Shown: one piece after another, positions 12,157 through 22,762 of the stretch
Layout: each line of letters opens with the position of its first letter
How positions within the stretch are numbered: the first letter of the stretch is position 1
Origin: Trichosphaerium sp. ATCC 40318
Lineage: Eukaryota > Protista > Tubulinea
Direction: 5' to 3'
DNA: 64,000 nucleotides
Assembly: GCA_038496445.1 (NCBI GenBank)
Contig: JALMLS010000329.1
Span: 124,001-188,000 of the forward strand
The notes under the pieces: model-generated
What the model was told of the DNA's origin: nothing
Database searches by the model: none
The model's input: the letters and a program-made list of their open reading frames with translations, nothing else
Made by a program: the position numbers and the translations under genes

Positions 12157-12964
12157 TTATTCCGTCCTGAAACTATTAATATCACATTCAATATTAGCGC
12201 ATTCCATTTGCCATTCCCTATCAGGACCTCTATTACATGAGATGAGAATGAGAAGTGCTACGAAATTGTACAAAAATGTACCCATAACTTGACCTGAACC
12301 CTACAATGTAAGGTATCGCTGGAGGGCAATTAATATCCCCTGTCCCTCCAAGTCCTGGAGTAATGTTGAACATGTCTAACAGTAACCATTAACAAAAAAA
12401 CCGCGTTTTCCTATTCTTACTTATCCACGTGTTACCAGTTGACCTACATCTAAACAATCCTGTACGAGTTCTTGTTGTACATTAGTGATCTCAAATCTAC
12501 AGCTGAATAGGCGAACCTGCAACGAAACCTGAATATTCTATCACTATTAAAGCGATCCCATGGAGAACCACTAATAACTGAAACACGCATTAACAATTAA
12601 AAACTAAAAAGTCCAAAGTACAATCAACTGCGTGTCCATCAGAACATGTGTGAGTGAAAGTTCTACCTAGTTCAGACTCAAAATACTCTGGTGAGCCAGT
12701 AAATGATACACGATTATCAGCGCATCTCCACAAGAATTGACGGGCGCCTGTGAAGGCAGTACTACGAGCTCCTGTGAGGGCACCTACAGTGCAAAATCTA
12801 TGCCAATAGTCAAATCTGGGTGTTACACCACCACCGTTGCCAATGGCTTCTACAATCTCCCCACTACAACTTCTACTACTTTGTTATTTTCGTGTAAGGA
12901 TAAACTTGGCGTACAAAGCCATGATGATTACTAGCACTTGACATAAGATGTGTTGATTTAACAT
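12157..12964 (-). CDS. Secreted dermatopontin / amebocyte-aggregation-factor-like protein, 6 exons (not in ORF track)
   Basis: Spliced reading: MLNQHILCQVLVIIMAF|SRSCSGEIV...ARQFLWRC...RTFTHTCSDGHAVDF|ISGSPWDRFNSDRIFRFRCR|TRTGLFRCRSTD|MFNITPG...NCPPAIPYIVGFRSSYG|GPDREWQMECANIECDINSFRTE*. All junctions are GT-AG and in phase. Confidence 0.75.
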
Positions 12965-13585
12965 ATTTGATAGTATTGTTAGAAGTAAAGCGCAGTTCAG
13001 CTGGTTTCTATAATTCACGTGAAGAGCTATTCTATGAATCGACAAGGTCAGTAAATTGCCATGAATACTGTAATTCTCCAAATAAACAAAAAAGGGTTCG
13101 TAAATTGTTAGATCACGTGAATAAGCGGGTAGGTGAATGTTCAACTACTACGACTGCAGGCTTTGACATTGCAATTTCAACCACATTTTAGGCTAGTGAC
13201 TGCATTAAAACACTGCAAATAATAATTTGGAAATAGATTAGCCATGAATTGGAGTTAGTCACAACAGACTTCAGCCGTTTAACAACACTTAACTTGGAGT
13301 ACCATCGAACTTTCAAACTATTGCATCTGCAAATTTTAAAAGTTCGGCTTGATGGCAAGCCCAGAGTCAGATCTTGTGTCAATACTTTGGCAGAAGATCT
13401 GTTTTATTATCAGCTCTGATGATACCGTATTTGGCCACTGGGATACAGGTGTAGCTCCAGCGGAAGTCGTAGTAAGTGACAAATATTCCGAGTTGTTTGC
13501 ATTCATCTTTTTATTGTTAACATTGCGTAAACACTCAATTACTGCCATTTGTGGACTAAATTGAGAAAAAAACAAAGTGACAGAC

Positions 13586-13603
13586 AAGCGTCACGTGACG
13601 CTT
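13586..13603. promoter_or_regulatory. Perfect 18-bp palindrome AAGCGTCACGTGACGCTT (E-box/G-box core)
   Basis: Seen directly, in the divergent intergenic region between the dermatopontin-like gene and PPR paralog A. Function is inferred only. Confidence 0.35.
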
Positions 13604-13707
13604 TACTTTTATGTCTACTTTTTTTTGACATGCAATAATTGCATTGCACTAAACGTAAGTAGACGTTTAGGCACTAATTTCACGCTGAGGCAGAACGAAT
13701 GATTTTC

Positions 13708-14087
13708 TTTGTATTGAATTTTCTGGACTGACTTTCTATCAAAACGCTGTAGCAAGTGCGTTACACACAAGAGCGTAAAATTAAGTGCTCAGCAAGTTTA
13801 TCCGACGTTCACAACACAATTGAGATTGGATTATGATTCATAGAGCGTTTATACGCTCCTACGCGCGTTCAGGGCATGCGACTCGTAAATCTATGTCAGT
13901 ACGTATTATTTTACACGGTTTCCCCGTCATACGGTTATAAATAGATAAATGACGTTTATTGTAGCGTTTACGACCATCACAATATCAACATTATCGCTAC
14001 ACCACAGATGCAGACGTGAAAGATGGTACGGACGTAAAACCTCCTCTCTTGCACCTAAATACGCTTGAATCTTACTCTCAAAATCAG
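13708..14087 (+). repeat. Left arm of ~380-bp inverted repeat (promoter, exon 1, intron 1, exon 2, intron 2 of PPR paralog A)
   Basis: Reverse complement of 17483-17864; the central ~200 bp looks identical. Confidence 0.95.
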
Positions 14088-15608
14088 GAGTGTCGGTGGA
14101 AGGACTGGCTGAGTATTTTTTTGAAAAAATTTTGCTTCAAAAACGTGATGCGACATTTTATTCAAAAAATGTGATATTCTCTCGTAGTTATTACTCCAAG
14201 AAAACCAATTCGGCATCACAAAATCTGCAGCTATTCACAGAGTACCTCGATATGTTCAGAAACTTTGATTTCATGTTTGAAGAGTTTGAAAGCCTCAAGT
14301 CTCAAGGTATACAACTCGAAGTGGGCCTATACGAGAGCATGATTAAACTGTGCAATACTTCGTCTCAAGCATTTCAAATCTTTGATTGCATGATCGATGA
14401 AGGTGTTGAACCAAGTCCTGCTATTTATGAGAGAATGCTCGACATATGCTTGCTTTGCAGTGAACCTAGGATAGCTCTTGACATGATTAAGACTACTGAG
14501 ATTGCTGGCTTTGTTGTAGATATAAGTACATACATAAACACTATGCAGTTTATGATAAGCATAAGGGAACACGATGCTATTATTGAACTTTATGAAGCGA
14601 TATTTGAGAATACAGATTTACAACCTGGTCCAAACATGGTTGATGTAGCAATGAGGGCATACAGATCTAGTGACAGGCCAAAGGAAGCACTTGAATTATG
14701 GTATCAAAATGTTGATAAAGTGCGTAAATTACTTTTTTTTTTTGCAAAGTGAAAAATCATTTAAGTCACGTTAAACCGGGCTGAAAACCTTCCCAACTTC
14801 CGGCTTGAATATGACCTAAAAAAGCAGAAAATTAAAGTGACTGAAACATATGATAAAAATTTGGTTAAAACTTATTATTGAGCTTCTGTGACCGGCAGAA
14901 ATGTGCAAACAAATACTTTTTCGATGTTTCTCAAAATATGAAAAAAAAGAGAAAACTTCAAAGCGTAGTTTCTTTTTCCTTCTTTACCTATTACTTACTT
15001 TCCATTAGATTCAACCAAATAAAACCACACGTGACACTTTATTTATTCTGCTCTTAAAAAACAATATGAAAGCTGAGTTTATTGAACTAGTACATGGAAA
15101 TGAAGAAAACATGGAACAGTCAATTAAATATTCAATTGGTTATTTCAAGAACAAGAAGGACGTGGAAGTAATACTATTTATCTTTTCTAGTCTTAAATCT
15201 CCTAGTAATCATATCTTTTCTGTTACTATGTATGCATTACTAGAGGTAGGAGCACAAGAAGCGCTTGGTGTACTAAAAAAGTGGGACAATGGTTTTACAC
15301 GTCCGCTGTCCTGTGAATTTAAGCTCCGTATCCAAATTAAGCTTGGTAATTATGAAGAAGCAGCAGATACCTTTAAAGCTATGGACAGCGAATATGGGTA
15401 CACAAAACATAATTTGCTGGCAGCAATGGTTGAGGGCTTTAAAAGTAAACAAGATTTGTTGTCTGAAGTTATTGATTCTGTTGAGTTTACTGAAGACCAT
15501 GATGAATCGACCACAGACTCCATAACACGGACAATGGAAGCATCAACAAATTATAATGATATTGTTAGGAAAAAGATTGTTTCTCTTGTTCGCAATACTC
15601 GTAGATAA
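13833..15608 (+). CDS. Divergent PPR-like protein with probable mitochondrial presequence (paralog A), 4 exons
   Basis: MIHRAFIRSYARSGHATRKSMS|RLRPSQYQHYRYTTDADVKDG|VSVEG... then PPR-like helices (AFQIFDCMIDEGVEPSPAIY). Intron positions match paralog C. Confidence 0.8.
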
Positions 15609-16037
15609 AAAAATAAAGAATTTTTTGACATTAGAAGGTTAGAACAGACTTGAAATGATTTTCAGTACATCTTTCTTTGTATCTTTGCCTATATCTTCTG
15701 CAAAATTATCTATTTTGGCCTTTGTTTTTAACGTTTATTTCAAGGGTACATAAACCTTGCACATGGCATTTTCACTCAATTAAGAAATGTATTAAAGTGC
15801 TGTTACAGTAAAAAAAAAAAAAAATTTCTTAGTTATTCTCAGAGACGTCCTAATTGGGTATATAAATTCAAGCTTTCTTGGATTAGTGGAAAATATAACG
15901 TGCAATGTCACCATGTTCAGTATGCATTCTTTCCAAGTATTTCCACAAAGATATTCATTGTGAACTTTACTACGACGAAATACACAAATGTACACTATTA
16001 TCCTACAACTAAGGCCACGTCTCTTTTACACGTATTC

Positions 16038-17737
16038 TCATCTTTCGTGTGCCCTTCTACGTTTCAGAAGGGTTTTTGCTCTAATACTAATGTTACCAAG
16101 CAAACCCTGAGAAACAATATCCTGAAACATATTTTCGTTTTTTGCAAAACCATCAAACAATGCCAACACGGTTTCATCATTTATACCAATACCATATGAT
16201 CCTCTCATTTTCTTTAATACTTGTACTGCTTCTTCATATTTATCAAGTTCACAATAAGCACGTATCTCCATATTACAAGTTGTTATGATATCATTCAATG
16301 TCATTTTGAGGGATGCATCCGGTACTTTATTTCTCAAGTCCCTAATGCCATCTAGCACCCATTTTGGTTTTCCTCTCTTTAACAATATGGATAAGAAGGT
16401 GTTCCATGTCCGTAAATCAGGTGATTTGAAGCAATAAAAAATTTCAGTTAAAGCAACTGGTTGGTATCTTCGGCTCCTTAACAACTTATCGCCAAGATTT
16501 TCTTTTTGTATAAATTCAAAAATAACATCTTTCATATCACTTTTAAGTGAATCATTGTCACTTTTAGATAAAAACTTAGCAAGTGTTCTTACTAGATTTT
16601 CAGTTGCCTTTTTACAAGGTTGTTTCTATTTCAAGTGAATAAGAGACAACAACAAAGAGAAATAAAAAAAAAAAAACCTCCAAAAAATCTTTTCTCTGTT
16701 TTTTCCTACTTTTGTCAAACAAAAAGAACACGTACACCGGTTTTTTTGATATCATTACTTAATTCCATTGCCTCTTTTGGTTTTTCCTTGATTGAATAAG
16801 CCCACATAAGCCAAGCAAAAAATTTAGGTCTATCCAATAAACTTAACTTTAAATCTTCCTCTATCATTTGATAAAGCTCAATTGCCATGTTTATATTATC
16901 ATTGCGACCAGAGCACATAATAAAACAAACTGGTAAGAATGCTTCCGTATTTAGTGGCATGCCAGCATTGAATGCAATCTTAAGCATATCGAAAGTTTTC
17001 CCAACTGCTTCAATAACTCCCCCTTGATGCCACCGTCTCGAGCACTGAAAAAAAACATATTCATAAATTTTGCGTTCTGGCTTAACACCTTGATCGATCA
17101 TGTGTTTAAAAATTTGATATACTTGAGATATAGTATTGCACACTCTAATAACCCTTCTGTACGCGTTCACATTGAGTTTTACACCTTGAGACTTGAGGCT
17201 TTGAAGTTCTTGTAAGGCGAATTCAAAGCTACGAAGTTTTGGAATGTAGTCTTCAAAAACTTGAGACTGTTTGGTTTTTTTTTGTATACCATTGTGATAT
17301 TGTGCCAAATACCACTGCGTATCAGATGGTGTGGTTCCTAAAAACATCTTAAAATTCATCTCTTGTAGACGTAAAACCGGAAAAAAAAACGGGGTTCGTA
17401 CTTATTAAATCCACTTCCACTTTGCCATCGTCTCGTTCTCGTACAACATTAATCTTTTGTTCATCCACCCATGAGTAATTTTCTGGTTTCGAGGGTAAGA
17501 TTCAAGCGTATTTAGGTGCAAGAGAGGAGGTTTTACGTCCGTACCATCTTTCAAGTCCACATCTGTGGTGTAGCGATAATGTTGATATTGTGATGGTCGT
17601 AAACGCTACAATAAACGTCATTTATCTATTTATAACCGTATGACGGGGAAACCGTGTAAAATAATACGTACTGACATAGATTTACGAGTCGCATGCCCTG
17701 AACGCGCGTAGGAGCGTATAAACGCTCTATGAATCAT
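16038..17737 (-). CDS. Divergent PPR-like protein with probable mitochondrial presequence (paralog B), multi-exon
   Basis: Exon 1 identical and exon 2 nearly identical to paralog A. PPR-like VYQIFKHMIDQGVKPERKIY and PDLRTWNTFLSILLKRGKP. Confidence 0.8.
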
Positions 17738-17864
17738 AATCCAATCTCAATTGTGTTGTGAACGTCAGATAAACTTGCTGAGAACTTAATTTTGCGTTCT
17801 TGTGTGCGTAACGCACTTGTTACAGCGTTTTGATAGAAAGTCAGTCCAGAAAATTCAAAACAAA
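17483..17864 (-). repeat. Right arm of ~380-bp inverted repeat (5' cassette of PPR paralog B)
   Basis: Reverse complement of 13708-14087. Confidence 0.95.
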
Positions 17865-18765
17865 AAAAAGTTCTCGACTTCAGGGATTTTTTAGTCGTAC
17901 AAAGACTTAGCAACTATTAAGTAGAAAGAGGAGGGGTGCAACAAAAACCATTTAAAAATGCAATGAAGGTAAGACGTGAACCATAACTAAACAAGACACT
18001 TAAACACCGCTCCACTCACAACATTCCACATTAAGTGGAGGTCACGTGATAGATAGCCCATGTTGATAAACCACATGTGATCTAAATAAACGGTTCATTC
18101 ATCCGACTGGCTAAAATAGTACCTACCAGTCAGCTGGATGTACATGTACCAGACTGACAAGTGGTTTGACATGGAGCCCAGGTACAAAGGGCTTCGAGGA
18201 AACTACATGGCCTGCTTTAAACCAGACTTCAAACGGAGACCCTGAAACAAGACCAAAATGGACTTGGACACGAAAATAGAAAAGAATAGAGTGCCTACTT
18301 ATTTGAAACAACTTGTCTTTTACTTCGGTTATACCCACCAACTCGACAGGTTCTCCTAATACCCTTTTCATCCATTGATAACTCACAAGAATGAGATTTT
18401 GTTCTTTCAACCTGCCGTTGCTCATCTACTAGCACCTTATGCACGTGACTGGTTAAAATACGAAAAGCCCTGCTAGCTAATATCTTTGATAGGTCGCGCA
18501 TTACATCCACACGATAGCACGGTAGCTACAAGGAATAACTCAAAAACCCAAAAACCAGTAAAGTTAAAAGCGTGATGAGTCGGGTTAAAGATTACGCCAT
18601 TGCAATTTTACCGGTTATCTGAAAACCCATGATTCAGGTGAAACCCGAACTTCCGAAATCGCTAACCTCTGGTGTCACAACGAAGATATATTACGTGTAC
18701 GTATTGTCTCGTCATTGCCCAGTAAAATCACAAACATTTGATAATATCTTTTATTTAACCCAATC

Positions 18766-20452
18766 ATGAACGCCTTGAACAGCACTTCTAATATTACAGA
18801 TACTCATTGTGATGATAGTGAGTTTCTTACATTTAAGGAGGTTCTATCTGATAATCCAAGGTTTGTACGTATTGATAACGAGTTCTATGGAATAGCTTAG
18901 TGCCAAGACTGCGAAAAAAACCATTTGCTTTGTCACACGTGTTTATGATATTTTGTTAACTTGATCGCGTAGATTGCCTTCATATCTAGTACAACATCTA
19001 TACTACTGATCGTCAGCTATGTTATATGGGCTTATCTGACTTACACTCATTTTCAAGCGAAAAGAACCTCATTGAGGACTCTAAACTTGAAAGTATTCAC
19101 TTTCATACCTGTACGTAACAACAACATATTTCATCTAGTTATTCGGATAAAACAATTTCAAAGTTGCTATTTTTGTTTTACAAACGCAGAAACACGTCCA
19201 AAATATCCTTCCAAACGTTTTTTTTCAAAATGTCCCTTGTGTGGTGACCTGTTACCAAACCAACTTCTTCGCAACACCGAAATATTTTGGAAATTCGTGT
19301 GGCTATTGCCAGTAAACTGTGGGCTAAATTGTCCTCAGATAGAGGCATTTCTATTCCAAAATCCATCACGTGAACTAACACGTGTTCAGATACCTTTTTT
19401 TTTCTTTTACTGCTATGTGTTCTTATTCAAAACTAGGTTAATGCAACGCTTGTATATTTATCTTTCTATCTATTCAACTCAACCTTGACGCTACGCCTTG
19501 CTCGGTTGTCTTTCCAAGCTCTTGTGATACGATGGTTTTTTGAGTCTATTGGTATGTCAACTTAACGGCCGTGTCTTTAACCCTCCCCTGTTAATTATCA
19601 TTCGCTTACGCTTGTAATCTAGTACACGCTTTAGGAGGTTGGAAGAGCGCTTCAGATATACTCACAAGTTTAAAGCCATCAAGGTACATTAGAGAAAACC
19701 TTAGTTTAGTTAACATGTTTGAAGGTTCTATGCTGTCACTCCATTTTGCTGTTGCTGTCGTTGCTCTTGCTTTCCAAAGAAGAACTACACGAGAAGATCT
19801 CTTAAATGGTGTACGTAAATTATAGGATGTTTCACGTGATCTCGTGTATAAGACTTTAGACAACTCATTCAGCGAAATAAACAACTAACTTACGTTCTCA
19901 TTAGGTCATGTTCTAGTGGCTCAATACACTATAATCGCTCCGGCTGCCGCTCTTCTAAGAGTATTACTTGATGAAAACGTGAAATCATTTGATCCAACAT
20001 CCTCAAGCTTCTCAGAAGCAAACATATACATCACAATTGTAAACGCAATTTCATCACTTCTTGCTATTTATGGACTTGCAATTATAAGAACACCAACAGC
20101 AAAAGTACTTACAGACTATGGAATAAGAGTAAAGATTTTTACAGTCAGAGCAATCATTCTCCTATCTGCTATACAACTGCTCATTCTGAGGATTCTAGTT
20201 AATACTGATGTGATCAAAGATGATGATTTATTTAACGCTGAACTTAAAGCTGATTTATGGGATAATTTATTATTGATGTTTGAAATACCTATCATCGCTG
20301 CTGTGTGTGTTTTTATATTCACTTTAGATGACTACGATAAAGTCATCGATAAGAATTCATCTATAAATGGTAACGGCACTGTGTTAAATAGTACAAACAA
20401 TGGAAAGAAACCTAAGAAAGGAGAATCATCTTCAGAAGACAGCAATGTCTAA
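18766..20452 (+). CDS. Organic solute transporter alpha / TMEM184-family membrane protein, paralog 1, multi-exon
   Basis: Multiple transmembrane exons. Last exon AQYTIIAP...YITIVNAISSLLAIYGL...KIFTVRAIILLSAIQ...DNLLLMFEIP matches the OST-alpha family pattern. Confidence 0.75.
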
Positions 20453-20958
20453 AAACTATGAAACTCCAAAATAACAAACAAGCTTTTTTAACTACATCTT
20501 TAAATGGCGTGTTCTAATGTATCCTATATTAAGATGTATGAATAACAATAAACCCATTACTTGAACAAACGACATGTCTTATAAAACTGGATAAATGATA
20601 TCCGCTATTGTACTTTTCAGTCAGTTAGTCAACCGTTATTTCGCCAGTTATTTTCTTGTTCTAGCACTTTATTTGTCGTAGTATGCATTGGAGTACTTTT
20701 AACAAAGAAACTGTCCTTTTCATTAAATATTACGCCACAACAAACAGTTCTAGGGTTTATATGAATGTACGGACATATATTTTTCCCTTTCAGCAATAAT
20801 CCATTGAAATAACACGTGTTTTCCCGATATATCAAAAAACACTGCAAAACTACTACAGTACGTTTTGTGTAGATGCTACATTAATAACATCATCACTATA
20901 CAATCAGTGAACCTGCCAATTCACTAAAAACTACCCACAACTTACCAATAAACACGAC

Positions 20959-22360
20959 ATGAACGACACCTCTAATATCACTGACAGTCACTGTATTGAC
21001 GATGATAGTGATTTTCTTACATTCAACGAGGTTTTATCTGATAACCCTGGGTTTGTACGTACCAACACCTATCGATTACGAGTTTTGTTTATTTGACGAT
21101 GAGAACGCGAATAAAACAATAAGAGAATCCTGCGTTTTGACAATTTGTTAATTGTAGAGTGTAGATCGCCGCCACAACCACTATCACGACTATACTCGCA
21201 ATATTGAGCTTCTCTCTATGGGCGTATCTGACGTACAGTCATTTTCAAGCGAAAAGAACATCATTGAGGACTCTAAACTTGAAAGTATTTAGTTTTATAC
21301 CAGTACGTATCAACTACTCTGTCACGTTTTTTTTACGGACACCAACAACGTTAGGTTTATACAATGGTGGTCTATTTATCTTTCTATCTATTCAACTCAA
21401 CACTGACATTAAGTCTCGCTCGGATGGCTTTTCAATCACTTGTGATACGGTGGTTCTTTGAGTCCATTGGTAAAAAAATGAAGATCTTTTTTTTTCTCTG
21501 TTTCGTGTCTTTTGGTTTATCATGTTTATGCTCTTTTCTAGTACACGCGTTGGGAGGTTGGAAGAGCGCTTCAGATATACTTACAAGTTTAAAGCCATCA
21601 AGGTACTCTACAATACTAAAGTCAAGTTATTTAATCGGTCAATATTTCCAGGTATTACGCTGTTCCACCATTATGTTGCTGTTTCCGTTGCTCTTGTTTT
21701 CCAAAGAAATCTCACACGAGAAGGTCTCTTAAATGGCGTACGTTAGGCAAATGTAATATTTCTCTCGTAGACAAAGCATCAAATCACACTATCTTGCGAA
21801 GTCTCACCCACTCTTTAGTATATGTACTAGTGTCTCAATTCACTATCATCGCTCCCGCTGCTGCTCTTGCAAGATTGTTACTAGCCGAAAACTCGAAGTC
21901 ATTTGACCCAGCAGCAACAGACTTTTCTGATTTTAACGTATACATCACAATTGCAAATAACGTTTCATCGATACTTGCTATTTATGGATTAATGATGCTG
22001 AAATCTTCAACTTCAAAAGTGCTAAAAGACTATAGAATACGACCAAAGATATTAACTATACAAAGCCTTATTATTCTATCAAATATACAAATAACTATTC
22101 TACGTATTCTAGTTAATACTGATGTTATCAAAGATGGTGATTTATTCACAGCTGAACTTAAAGCTGACTTGTGGGATAATTTTTTATTGATTATAGAAAT
22201 ACCTATCATCGCTGCTGTTTGTTTCTTTGCCTTCTCTACGGGTGACTATAAAAAGACTATAGACAAGGATGCATCTGCCCAAGGTAATGTGCTACATAGT
22301 AAAAGCGGTGGAAAGACACCTAAGAAAGGAGAATCATCTTCAGAAGACAGCAATGTCTAA
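20959..22360 (+). CDS. Organic solute transporter alpha / TMEM184-family membrane protein, paralog 2
   Basis: Tandem paralog with the same exon structure; start MNDTSNITDSHC, end KKGESSSEDSNV. Confidence 0.75.
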
Positions 22361-22762
22361 AAAACAAGAACGACAAACAAAAAAAAAATGTTAAAAAAAA
22401 CACAAAGGCTGTAATTTTCTGTAGACTATTCTGTTGATGACGAAATTGAATTTTAGCTGTAAGGCATTGTATACTTGTTAACCCAATACCTTCTAAAGAG
22501 CGATTGTATAGGTCAGTTACGCGAATGGCTGTTCACGTGTTCAATCTTAACGAAGCTCAAACTATAATTTGTCCCAACATTCTACAAGGAAACTGAGGTT
22601 CACAAGAATACACAGCTGCTAGTCTTTTTATATCCACAACCAACGGTGCATTGGTTTTCTTGAGACAAACATATTGGAGGTTCTCGTGGAAATGGCATTA
22701 CTAGTCAATTTGTACAGCTTGTTTAAGAAAGAGAACTATCATTTTAGACGCTTCTGGCCACT

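Noticed and set aside
13188-13587. Short ORFs upstream of the dermatopontin-like gene
   Set aside because: No motif; the gene already has its own signal-peptide start at 12964.
18123-18510. Overlapping 70-100 aa ORFs in slightly GC-richer DNA
   Set aside because: No recognisable domain in any frame; may be a decayed element but cannot be supported.
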